A model generated the notes under the pieces. The model saw nothing but the letters and a program-made list of their open reading frames with translations, searched no databases and was not told the origin of the DNA. A program made the translations under genes and the position numbers. This document shows positions 39,901 through 52,398 of a stretch of DNA of 64,000 nucleotides, piece after piece. Within the stretch, counting starts at the first letter, position 1. Every line of letters starts with the position of its first letter. Source of the stretch: Octopus sinensis (Eukaryota); assembly GCF_006345805.1 (NCBI RefSeq), contig NC_043021.1, forward strand, positions 620,001-684,000, in the 5' to 3' direction.

Positions 39901-41749
39901 TGCTTGTTATCTTGTCTTCATTCGCCTTGATTGAAGAAGAAAATAAAATAAAAACAGAAATTCAAGGTAGATTTTTTAAAGATGGAAATTCAAGGAAAGA
40001 GAAGCGAAAAGACTGAAAAGAATTTAATATCGGTTTCACATTTTGACACAAGGCCAGCAATTTCAGAAGTGGGGGCTCAGTTGATTATATTGACCTCATT
40101 GTTCAACTGGTACTTATTTTATCGATCCGAAAAGGATGAAAACGGTTTAATATTGATGAAAGGGAAGTCATTTTCCTTACTTTGAGACTTTGTGTTTTTC
40201 TAGGAGCAGAAGGCAACATTGATTATATTTGGGGGGTCACAAAATTAGTTTTCATGTCTGACTCAACACGGAAAAGTCTGTTAATAAAATGTTCTTCCCG
40301 AAACAAACATTGGTTAATCAATATCACGTCTATTCGAGTATAATAATTCCATTCACATTTACAATGCTTTACAGGAATATTAAATCGATCCAATACTTCA
40401 TTGGCATTTTATTTTATCGACCACTGAAGAACAAAAAGCAACGTTGACCTCAGCGGGATTTGAACTCAGAACATTAAAGACCATCACTAAACTCTGCAGG
40501 AATTTTGTCTCCGAATAAATCGCCTTCAAGACATTTTGGTTGCTCTCTGGCGATTTTATAGATCGACTGCAGCTTATTTCTGTAAAATAAACCACCTGTT
40601 AAGAACTTGTAGTCAATTCGATCAATTCTGTCCTTTCCTCAAAGTCTGTGATTCCGTGATTAGATTCTGTGATTCTGTGATTAGACATTTATTTTATTGA
40701 TTAATTTTAATTTAATGTAAGAAAGCTCTGTAAATTGGAAGAAAATATCTGAAACATACAATAGAAGGAAACTCAGATATTGAATGAAATAGAATTCAAA
40801 GTTTCAGAATTAAACAACGGCGCTTTTACACACGCGCACACGACAAATGCTAGTTATATGAATTCTTTTTCTGCGATCTTTCGAATGTTGTACATATAAG
40901 AGAGCAGACAGTCAGCCAAACTACACGCTAGTTAAATGTTTAATAATCGATAATGCGTAAAATGTTTGATCGATTTTTCAAACTAGTGAAATATTATAAT
41001 TTTAATATTAAATATAATAATTATTTCCATAATTTGGACAACTACACGACTGGACCATCGATTTAATTTGATTTCGTTTTGTTTCTTAAATACTTTAATA
41101 TGAAGAGATTTTCTTTAATGGAAAACTAAATAAAAGTGATCTGCATTAAAAATAGAATCCAGCATAGGCCAAACGAGGGAATCCCTTATGGTCCCTGATA
41201 AAAGTACCCAAATGACCAAACGTAAAATAGTAAAACCCTAGCTTGTGGTTGGTTAGCTCCGTCAAAGGCATTCCAGCTGGAGCCATTTCATAAGTTTTCA
41301 TGAACAGAATATCTAGAACTACATTTCTAGAGTACAGTAGAATATGACTCAACAGATATTTGCCTGCTATTTCTAGCAATAAAAACCCACCCAATGACAT
41401 ATGGTTCCCTTCTTCATTGTTGACTTCATTCAATCACCACACAGTCAAGATCTTCCTTTTTTGCTCTATGTAGTTTTTTTCTATTTTTCCTAAGTTTGTG
41501 ATCATCCCTCTCACTATAAAACTTCAGTAATTCGTCTTTCTGTCATGCACTGTCTACTTCCAACACCATATTCTTCAGTGAGCCACCACACAGACACACC
41601 ATGATCGAGTTTTTTCTAGTAACTTCACTTTCTGCGTTATTGACAATGATGTTTCCTTTTCTTTTTCTCACTGTTATCCATTGGAGTATCTGCAATTCCC
41701 TTTGACATTTTCAGGGTAAATTATATACAAGGTCACAAGAAACAACATG

Positions 41750-42600
41750 AAACAACAGCAAATAAATGTCTTCTTTCTACGAGTGCTGAGCCACAACTGA
41801 CACTTGGTCATAAGTGGTGGCCGACCTGCCAAGCATTGCCGCATTATGCCTGAGTGAGCAGGTCACAGTGATCAGCTGTTTGTGCACCAAATGGCACCAT
41901 TATGATGTGCTCATCTCTCCACAAAAGCATTCTATTTGGGGGACTTTCTGGGTTTTAGATTTCTGGATAAAGGATTGTGTACCTGTACAAGAAATTTTCT
42001 GTCAACTTCTACACCAATGGGCATCGTCTTTGGGAGTAAAATTCGGTCAGCATAGTTGTTGTTGAAGTTGAAATAGTTTCAAACAGTCAGGTAACAGCTA
42101 CTCTTTCCTTTTTTCAAGAAACTTTCCAACTTTGATCCAATCGCAATTGTGGTTGCTAATAAAATATCAGGATAATCTTGGGTGTTTTTCTCTTTCCCAC
42201 ACTAATGTTTAATTTGATAATTTTCACTTTTCATAAAAATGTCGAAATTGGTGCTAATTGAGTAATGCTTAATTTCAATAATTTCTTCTCTTTGATTGCA
42301 TGGTGTATAAATATATCAGGAAGAGTGCCATTCCAGAAGATGATGAAGAAGCTATTGAGAATCTTTTATGTCGTTTTCATATTAAGTCGGGTTTCATTAA
42401 TTTCATATCATTAATTTCTGGAGAACTGAAGAGGTAAATTTATCTTGTCTTCTCTTATTCATTTTGCCCCATCTAAATCCGTCTTGTATCTGCTCAAAGG
42501 GAACGGTGATAGTTTTCTGAAATAGTGTTTTCAATATGTTAGTGTTTTTAGTGCATTTAAAGGTCATTTGCTCAGCTGGTATAGTTTTTGTAAGCTAGTG
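41750..42600 (-). mobile_element. decayed gag-like ORF1 of a non-LTR retrotransposon
   Basis: Long interrupted minus-strand frames ending in two degenerate CCHC knuckles (CF-CGE-M-H.. and C-GNAWQVGHH). Confidence 0.35.
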
Positions 42601-43044
42601 AACATTTGCAAGAATATTTTTCCTCAATGTCAAAAATGCAGTAAATATTACTTATTGACCGCTCTCCCTGCCCCCACCTAATGGGATCCATATTCCGGGC
42701 TGGGTTCTTCATGAAATACTTTTGCTGAAACAGGCCATCACGACTTTTCCTGGACTCTTTTTATTATTTATATCTAATTGCAAGGTAGCACTCTGGTAGA
42801 ATCATTAACAGGTCATATAAAATATTTAACAGCATTTCTTCCAGCTCTTTACATTCTGAGTTCAAATTCCTCCGAGGTCGACTTTGCCTTTCGTCCTTTC
42901 AAAGTCGATAAATTAGATATCAGGAATTGAAGTAGTCACTTTTACCCACTCCCTTAAAATTGCTAGCCTTATGCCAAACTTACAAAGAATTAATATTTAA
43001 TGATGTTGCTTTATATAATTTAAATGCAGGATTCCACCCCACCT

Positions 43045-43059
43045 CTGTCTGTCTCTGTC

Positions 43060-43155
<96 letters not shown>
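43045..43155. repeat. (CTGT)n-(CT)n microsatellite, representative of dozens of (CA)n, (TA)n, (GA)n and (TAA)n tracts in the window
   Basis: Direct reading. Confidence 0.95.
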
Positions 43156-43158
<3 letters not shown>

Positions 43159-44637
43159 CTTGATTAACAAATGAAATGGAGAAAATTTATACAGAAATTC
43201 TTCAGCATGTCTACTAGTCTTAATGTATAAATAATGTAACAATTTGCAGCTTTTACTCCTGGAAAAGGTCATTTTGTATGTTTGCCGTATCTCCTAGAAA
43301 GTAAGGCGGAGTCTAGCATCTCTGATTATGCAGTTAGTATTTGTGTTCACATGGCAACTCTGGTTAAAATTTCTGGCACTTTAATGTATCAACAAACTGT
43401 GCTATCACTTTACAGTCTTTCAAGTATTTTTTCTAGTTTCAGAAACAACAATCTCAGATTCCCAAACACTTGGTATGGACGATTATTTTACTGAAAAACG
43501 AGATTATAATTGTTTCAAATTTTGAGACCAGTTCAGCAATTTAAGCCGGTGGGGTTAATTCATTAAATCTACCCAGAAATCCTTTCTACTATAAACACAA
43601 GACCTGAGATTTTATATAATGGGGCTGGTCAATTACATGAACCTTATTGTTTGACTGGCACCAATTTCATTGACCCCAAAATGAAAGACAAAGTTGGCCT
43701 TGTCGGAATTTGAACTGAGAATGCAAAGATGGACAAAATGCCGCTGAGCATTTGGTCTGGCATGCTAAGTTCTGCAAGCTTGCTGATTTAGTAATAATAA
43801 TTACATTCTCCATGTTTTAAAATGTTTACATAAAATGATTTCATGCTTATAACAAACCATTATAATATCAAATTTCAATCTAATCTAAAAACAAGTTCGA
43901 TCCCAGGTTATATTTCAACTTATTAACAACCTAATCACAAATAGTAACGACAAAATCAAACAGCTGTTGTCCTGTGGAAACAACAAATTAATTCATCATG
44001 AACTGTCTGTCCGGACAGTGGTGGCCATTCAAAACCAGTGATTTATGGACTGAAACAGAAATAGTAATAATATACACAGTTGAGGATGGTTATAATTGTG
44101 AATCAGATCTTGGCTAATATGTTACTATAATCAACAACACACGGAAGCCTTTTGTTCTCTCATCTTGCTCAATAAACCACAACCGAAATGTGGAGGAAAA
44201 TGATATTTTTCAAAGTTACTTGGCAGCTGTGTTGTTGTTAATGGAAATGTGATAAAATATATCGTCTGTTAGAACAGTTGTGAAAGTGACAGACAAATTG
44301 TAGGGTTTAATAAAATCGATTTTTTAGTTTTTTTCCTTGTTTTTAGCCTTGTCCAACACTCATGGCAGAGAAAAGATAATTATGTGGAAGCAAAGTGTAT
44401 TTTCGGAGTTGGACTTGAATTTAATCTGAGAATCATTCTCTGACCAAAGTTCACCAGGGAATCATGAAATGGCACGTACTGGGATTCATTGGAATGTTTT
44501 TTTAAAATGTTTCATTCATGCATATATTCACCTGATGGAAACAGTTTTTTCCACATGATGTAATCACTCCATTCATCAAAAGAAAAAAAAGTCTATAACA
44601 GCTGTAGTGAGTGAACCACTTTCCATCGGTTATATAT

Positions 44638-44666
<29 letters not shown>

Positions 44667-44669
<3 letters not shown>

Positions 44670-44829
44670 GCAGCCAAGATCTGACTCTAAAACCACATTA
44701 AATGTTCATACAGCACATGAAGTAATATTATCCAGTAATTTTTTACTAGTTTTATTTTGTCTTTTTGTCTTCTCTTCTTGTGCTGTACGGGCATTTAATG
44801 TGGTTTTAGAGTCAGATCTTCGCTGCTAT
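44667..44829. repeat. fold-back/MITE with 56-bp arms
   Basis: atagcagccaagatctgactctaaaaccacattaaatg...cagcacatgaag (44667-44722) pairs with 44774-44829 with few mismatches. Confidence 0.9.
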
Positions 44830-44864
44830 TTTCAGCATGGCAGTATCTTGTAGATACCCTAAAT

Positions 44865-45093
44865 TATAATTTTAATAATAATTATTACCTTTGAAGGTTT
44901 TTTATTTCCATGCTGGCCACATGATAAGATCGTTATTTAATTTAAATTAACGATCTTATCCTTATTTATTTATATATATATATATATAAATTTATATAAA
45001 TAAGGATAAGATCATTATTTAAAATACCAATCATATCAAGTGGCTGGCATGGGAATAAAAACCTCATAGGTAATAATTATTATTAAAATTATA
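44865..45093. repeat. AT-rich imperfect palindrome centred on (TA)n, with a nested hairpin
   Basis: tataattttaataataattattacct.. pairs with ..aggtaataattattattaaaattata; nested gataagatcgtt/aacgatcttatc at ~44923-44960. Confidence 0.85.
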
Positions 45094-46879
45094 TATATAT
45101 ATATACATAGACACACACGCATATATATATAGATATATATAGTCCAACCCATGCTAGCATGGAAAGCGGACGCTAAACGAAGATGATGAAGATGATATAT
45201 ATATTATATACACACACATGTACATATGTGTGTGTGTCTTTGTGTCTGGTTGTCTCCCACCACCACTTCACAACCAGTGTTAGTGTATTTATGTCCCTCG
45301 AACTGAGCAGTTTGGCAAAAGAAACTGAAAGAATAAGTACCAGGCTCTTAAAAAGCAATAAGTAATGGGGTTGATTCACTCTACCAAAATTCTTCAAGGT
45401 GGTGCCCCAGCATGGCCACAGTCTAATGACTGAAACAAGGAAAAGATAAAAGACACGCAATAAGTGATAGAAGATGTCTGCAAGTATTGTTTATATCTTT
45501 TAAAACAGCTTGTTTGAAAAATTAAAGTAAAAAGAACTCAGTTTAGTCATATTCTTGACATAATTTCCCATATTCCATGACTATTTCTGCTAATTCTTTA
45601 CTATTTTATTATTTAATTTTTTTTTCTTTATTCTATTCTGGTGATAAAAAAAACTTCGTTTATCATATTTTACTTGTTTGCACTGACAGATTCCTTCGTG
45701 AACTTTGGTAACAATGACATTTCTGTCTTTCAAATATCAAAAAAAGACCTTGTGTATTTCACACACACATAGCCAGAGGGGATTCGACCAATTTGAATAA
45801 CCTCCACCATCACCCCCCCCCCATTACCTATGATTATTATCTGACATTTATTTTGAGTCTTCACAAACTACACAGCTAATTATGATAGATCCCTAATTAG
45901 TAATTTAGTCCCTTGCTTGAAATTTTAGCTAAACCCATTTGTTTAAGAAGGAATTGGTTATATTCAAAAGTCAGAGAAAAAAAATTAAAAGCAGGCAATT
46001 TATATTTTGACCTGCATTTTACCATAAATTATTACATTCTCTAGATTTTAGTTGCTTTTTCTTTTCATTTTTGAAGATTTTATTTGAAGGAATGAGATTT
46101 TTATTTACTTATATTGTGTGTGTGTCAGAGGTATGGTGCAGGCTCTACCACATATTCTAACCATTTTATGTTCAAACTAGCCAGTTCAGGCTTCTCACAC
46201 CTACCCGACACAATGTCATTATAAAAATAAACAATCACATCACTGAAACCTCAAAACAGCAAAATAATTCATGATTAATTCAAAACTATGAACAAATAAG
46301 CATAACACTCGACAGAGTGATGTGAATGCTGAACGGTTAAACTCTATCACATCGTTTCACCATTAACCGAATTAAAGAGAAAAATAGATTCTCACAAAGC
46401 AATAATTTCAAGACAAAAAAAAAAGTGCTTCTTATTTTCAGAACTAACCATATCGAAGTTGTGAGGAGGTCAGTAACCTTAAATAGATTGGCAATGATAT
46501 CACAGAAGTAAATGTTCCGTGCTACCGATTCCTCAAGCAGTTTTCAGTCTTCAGTTCTTCTGTGTATCTTCAAAAACTTAGAATTGATTACAGTTTTACA
46601 AATACAAAAGACGTTGGCAAAGATGTCTGTTTGTGTTCTTTTAAACCAGACAATTCTATGATTGATTGGAGATGAAATTACTGGTTCTCATCAAGGATTT
46701 TAATTTTGGTGCAGCAGATATACTTTAACCTTGGTGACATTAGATCTGCTTAACCTTTGTCATATCATAAAATAGAATATTAGTTTGTTTCTTTTTTTCT
46801 TTCTGGTTTTAATGCTTATTTATGAGTGACAAGTCTGTGTTGCTTCTTCAGAAATGGATATATATATATATATATATAT

Positions 46880-47019
46880 ATACCTGTTTGTGTCTGCCTT
46901 CCAATTGCTGTTTTTACTGAGATCTCCCTTTTTAGTAGAAGAAATAGCTATAACTCTTTGACTGCTATTTCTAAATTCGGTATGTGGTAAGGCAATTCGT
47001 TGCTAAACCCTTTATTGCT

Positions 47020-47021
<2 letters not shown>
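46880..47021 (-). mobile_element. fragment of the same (TA)n-associated family as the hammerhead element
   Basis: 46943-47021 is identical over 79 bp to 57502-57580; flanked by (TA)n on both sides. Confidence 0.85.
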
Positions 47022-47062
<41 letters not shown>

Positions 47063-47253
47063 ATATATGTATCATCATCGTTTAGCGTCCGTTTTCCATG
47101 CTAGCATGGGTTGGACGGGTCAACTGGGGTCTGTGAAGCTGGAAGGCTTCGTCAGGCCAGTCAGATCTGGCAGTGTTTCTACGGCTGGATGCCCTTCCTA
47201 ACGCCAACCACTCCGCGAGTGTAGTGGGTGTTTTTTACGTGCCACCTGCACAC

Positions 47254-47319
<66 letters not shown>

Positions 47320-47734
47320 ATATATGCACACACAGATATTTTGAATACTCTGTCAAAATTACAAGGAAAGGTGATCATGCTAGGTTATCGTTGTGTGCAC
47401 AAATGTACAAACACACACAGACACACACACATATGGCACAGACATGGTTGTATGGTAAGAAGTTTGCTTTTCAACCACATGGTTCTGGGTTCATTCCCAG
47501 TGTGTGGCATCCTGGGCTTGTGTCTTCTACTATATTCTTGAGCCAACAAAAGCCTTGTGAGTGGATTTGGTTGACAGAAACTGAAAGACAGCCATCATTC
47601 CCTTTGGCCACGCATATCAAACTCGGTTCCTTATTTATTTGAATTCACTAATTACACTGGTCAACAAAATTTGAAATCAGCATAAATAATTAGTCTAAAA
47701 CTAATTACACTGGTCAACAAAATTAAAATTTCAG

Positions 47735-48638
47735 GCAATATTTACGGGGAACACCGTATCAGGGCAAAAAGCAACTGAAAAAAGAGACAGTACTAGTGAG
47801 AGGAGCAACTTCAGGAATGGGTAAAGCTGCTGCTTCTGAGTTTGCTTCAAGAGGAGCTCATGTCATAATGGCATGTCGGGATATTGAAGCTGGCCAAAAA
47901 ATTGCCCAGGAAATCCAGAAAAAGACAAATAATACTAATATGACAGCTTTACATTGTGATCTAAGTTCCCTTGATTCTGTTCGGAAGTTTGTTGAAGAAT
48001 TTAAAAAATGTGAATCTCAGCTGCACATTCTTATTAATAATGCTGGTGTGATGATGTGTCCAAAAACCTTGTCTACAGATAAATTTGAGATGCAGTTTGC
48101 TGTGAATTACCTGGGGCCGTTTTTGCTTACACATCTTTTACTGGATACCATGAAAGCCTCAGCACCAACTCATATTGTCAACATCACAGCACATGCCCAC
48201 CAACTGGGAAGCATAAATTTTGATGATTTAAACCATGATGAAGATTATAACCCTGGGCATGCTTATGCACAGTTCAAGTTGGCAGTTGCTATGTTTACTA
48301 TAACATTGGTAAAATACTTGGAAGGTAGTCAAGTGATCGTTAACTGTATAAATCCAGGAATTATAAACACCAATTTATACTGCCATATGCCTTTCCGTGC
48401 ACATTCTTTTATCAATATGTGTTTTTCATCATTTATATGGTACATGTTCCAGAAACCAGAAGATGGAATCAACACAATGATGTTTTGTGCTCTTGAAGAT
48501 GCCTTAGGAAATACAAGTGGAAAATATTTTGTAGAATGTTGTCCAGTTAATTGGCACGAGACTACTCAGGATGAAGATATCCAGAAAAAATTATGGGAAG
48601 AAAGTTTGAAATGGGCAGATTTAAAATTGAAAAGTTGA
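47735..48638 (+). CDS. retinol dehydrogenase 11-14 family short-chain dehydrogenase/reductase (RDH13-like), main and last coding exon; first exon not securely located
   Basis: tttcag| acceptor at 47734 (phase 2). Frame reads QYLRGTPYQGKKQLKKETVLVRGATSGMGK...VIMACRD...CDLSSLDSVRKF...ILINNAGVM..P...FEMQFAVNYLGPFLLTHLLL...YAQFKLA...NPG..NT...TSGKYF...KLWEESLK, with TGA at 48636-48638. Confidence 0.9.
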
Positions 48639-49846
48639 ATAATGTTCTTTACTGCTTTTGCCTCTCACTAGAGCATAGCTATACACAAACACGCACAAAC
48701 ACATATACATATTAACACAAAAGTTTTGGTTTCCATCAGTTTTGAAATGGTACTTGATTTCTCTCTTTATTTTTTTACTCTAGAATGTTTTTAATTTGAT
48801 ATTTTGATATTTTTTTTTCATTTTCAAACTCTTAGTAATTATTTAAATGCCTGAAATATGTTGTTGATAAGATTTACATATAATATTTCAGACAAATAAC
48901 TCTTCTTTAGCTCGTATAGTTATACCCCATTCACAATATTTACATCTGCATTACATTGTGGTTTCTTTTTTTTATTACAATATTTACAATAGAATCGATC
49001 TGATCTCTGATTGTCATCAAGTTCCATTCTCCAGATCATATATGTGGTTGGGTCATGATTGGGTTGCAGCTAGGAATTTTTATCACTAAAGTAAGTGAAA
49101 CAGCATTCTTGTCTCTAAGCTTACTTTTAGTCTATAAATAATGGCTCCTAGATAAAATTCAGTCTAGAATTATGCGTACACATCCATGAATGAAACACCT
49201 GATGGTGATGATTTGAGATCAAGCTAATTGTAAAACCATGTAAATATTAAGTATGCACACTAAAGATGAAGTCAATAGCTTGTAAAATTATAATTTTTGT
49301 TACTAGCCACATTATTTCTGTTATACTGTTGATTGAATCATTTATCAAACTGACAATTATCTCCAAATTCATTCTAAAGCAATGATTATTATTATCATCA
49401 TCACCATCACCATCATTATTATTATTATTATTATTGTTCTTGTAGCTTCTGCTGAATTACTTTCACTTTCCATCTCTTAAAAAATATTTCTGTTGCTTGA
49501 TTGACTTCACTAAAGGAACTTATATACACATGTATGCACACATGTGCACACTTTTGTCTACAAATATGCAAGCAGACATACACATGTGCATATATATACT
49601 GTACAATCTTCACAATAGAATGCCTTTATTTCAATTTTTTGGGGGTTCTGTGCCAGACCATGTCTTCTCTGACAGACAGGCCTCTTGATCAGGACAGATT
49701 TCTGCATTATTTGGGGCAATTTATAATGCATCAATAAACTAAGTTTTTTTATTTTCCACTTGGTGCATAGATGTAAAGATTTCTCTTAGCTTGCTGCTGA
49801 TGCTTTGTAAGGGTTTTTATTCTTTGTTGCCCTAATGAAATTCCTG

Positions 49847-49887
<41 letters not shown>

Positions 49888-50904
49888 ATGAGCAATATAC
49901 ATATATGAAGAATGTGAGAAAGTGGTAAATATATATAGAGAGGGGGAAAGTTTACAATGAAAAAAGCATAACTGAAAGAGGTAGACAAATAGAGGAAGAA
50001 ATCTTTTCTGTTGCTGTCACAGATTTTAAAGTTTTAAAATTAAGTGAAAATTTCAAATTTGGTATATTGATGTACTGTTTCATGTGAATTTGATTTTGTG
50101 ATTCATTTATTCCAGAAAAATTTAACAAAAATGTTATAGAGGTTTAAAGTTTGATAAATTTTATCTTGTCAGAAAACAGGATTTGGAAGGTAGCATTTCG
50201 TAAGCAATAGTTGTCTATCATAAATTGAAAATAAACATTACAAAATGATGTTTTAAACAAAATGAAAGCAGTTTCATGTCATGAAGAGAGAGAGAGAGAG
50301 ACACCCTAATGAAATTTCCTACACACACACACTGACTCACAAACACACACATACTCACAGTGTGAGAGATATACATACACAGAGAGTTAGAAAGGTGAAG
50401 ATATAAACAAAATGAAAGCGATTACATATCATATGAAGAGAGAGAGAGAGAGAGAGAGAGGGACAGCATGTGTGAGAGAGATACATATACAGAGAGTGAT
50501 AGGGTGGTAAATATATTTAGAGAGGGGAAGGCATAAAAGAGAGAGCCTCGTGGAAACAGATTAGAGAGTGGGAGATTTGTTGATCTAAAAGGTGGATTAT
50601 TTCTTGTAACAAATTATATTTTTTGATTAATCATTACTGAATACTCTTCCATTGAGATGCAGATTTTGAAAATCAAATCAGGTTTTCCCATAGACACACT
50701 ATTTTGGAGTCTTTTTGGGTTATACACATACATACACACTCTATGAGGAATGTATGTATGTATATACATATACATCAAGTACCTACTGTGTGTTGTATTT
50801 ATATACTCAGAGTAGATAGTACTCAGTAATAAAGTAACTTAACAAAAGCCCACATCTAGCAACTTCAAATATACACCATATATGTGTGTGTGTATACACA
50901 CACA

Positions 50905-50943
<39 letters not shown>

Positions 50944-50952
<9 letters not shown>

Positions 50953-51407
50953 TTGTGTTAGAAATACCAGCGATTATAATTATTTTTATTTTATCGCAAT
51001 TTGATTTGTTTACATATTTCTCGATAATTTGAGCGCTAGACGATATACCAGAAATCCCTAGTTTTGTCGGGACGTTCGGAGTCTGCGCAGTGACATGATT
51101 AGTTAGAGAGAGTAAATCATTAGAAGCACATGCTTCTAGTGAGTTAGGATCTCAGAAAAACAGGGCTCTCACTGACGAATTCTCCCTGAGCAAATAAATT
51201 ATCTTTATTGCTGAAAAGAAAGAAACTGCAGTCTGAGAATAACCGAGTTAGTAAATGTTTTTATCTTCATTTCACTAAATTTATCAAGCTTCTGTGTTCC
51301 TAGCACATATTTCGCCTTAATGTACTGATATATGGAAAATATATGGCTTGTGTTAGAAATACCAGCGATTATAATTATTTTTATTTTATCGCAATTTGAT
51401 TTGTTTA
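50944..51407. repeat. 464-bp cassette bounded by perfect 69-bp direct repeats, embedded in (TA)n
   Basis: 50944-51012 equals 51339-51407; the interior is CpG-rich and holds a GTGAGT donor at 51139. Confidence 0.9.
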
Positions 51408-52398
51408 TATATATATATATACAGCTGTAGAAACCATATTGAATCACACTGGAGTCTGGTGCAGCCTTCCAGTTTGCTAGAGCTGGTCAAACCGTCCAAC
51501 CCATGCCAGCAGGGTAAAGAAAAAAAGAAGAAAAAAAAAGGAAAAAAAAAAGACAAGGCTTTGGTCGGCCCGAGACTATAGTAGACGATGCAGTGGGATT
51601 GAACCCAGAGCCATGTGTCACAGCAATCTTATTTTGTGACACATTTAAACAACCAATGGACATCTCGCATTCAAACGACATTGATCTTTGCCTTTTATCA
51701 TTTAAGAAGACTTGTTATGATTCTGATAACATTTACGTAGAAGTTGTGGAAGGATACGAACATAGAGTGTGCGGCTTATATATATAGACATACGGTGGAA
51801 TATCTTGGTTATTTCAAGTCACATCTTCAGAAGAAATGATGAAGTATTTGTTCATCAGTCTACCGGCGCTGTTAGAAATACCAGCGATTATAATTATTTT
51901 TATTTTATCGCAATTTGATTTGTTTATATATATATATATACAGCTGTAGAAACCATATTGAATCACACTGGAGTCTGGTGCAGCCTTCCAGTTTGCTAGA
52001 GCTGGTCAAACCGTCCAACCCATGCCAGCAGGGTAAAGAAAAAAAGAAGAAAAAAAAAGAAAAAAAAAGGAAAAAAAAAAGACAAGGCTTTGGTCGGCCC
52101 GAGACTATAGTAGACGATGCAGTGGGATTGAACCCAGAGCCATGTGTCACAGCAATCTTATTTTGTGACACATTTAAACAACCAATGGACATCTCGCATT
52201 CAAACGACATTGATCTTTGCCTTTTATCATTTAAGAAGACTTGTTATGATTCTGATAACATTTACGTAGAAGTTGTGGAAGGATACGAACATAGAGTGTG
52301 CGGCTTATATATATAGACATACGGTGGAATATCTTGGTTATTTCAAGTCACATCTTCAGAAGAAATGATGAAGTATTTGTTCATCAGTCTACCGGCGC
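51351..52398 (+). repeat. near-perfect tandem duplication (519 + 529 bp) including the UGT acceptor and first 12 codons
   Basis: Units 51351-51869 and 51870-52398 differ only by one gaaaaaaaaa unit; the junction has TGT microhomology. Confidence 0.95.

Noticed and set aside
46490-46670. Open frame NVPCYRFLKQFSVFSSSVYLQKLRIDYSF... and an overlapping PIPQAVFSL segment reminiscent of invertebrate RDH N-termini
   Set aside because: No in-frame ATG with a suitable phase-2 donor and no recognisable homology, so no call can be supported.
51800-51835. Minus-strand CTGAAGA...GAAA (also at 52330-52364)
   Set aside because: Stem I cannot form; it is simply the reverse complement of the tcttcag acceptor.
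51915-52316. 133-aa ORF upstream of the UGT
   Set aside because: It starts at a non-ATG codon and is a chimera of two SINE fragments and an A-rich tract (poly-Lys).
50944-52398. Repeated 57-69 bp block as a CRISPR-like repeat-spacer array
   Set aside because: Only three copies, eukaryotic context, spacers of hundreds of bp, and fully explained by nested duplications.
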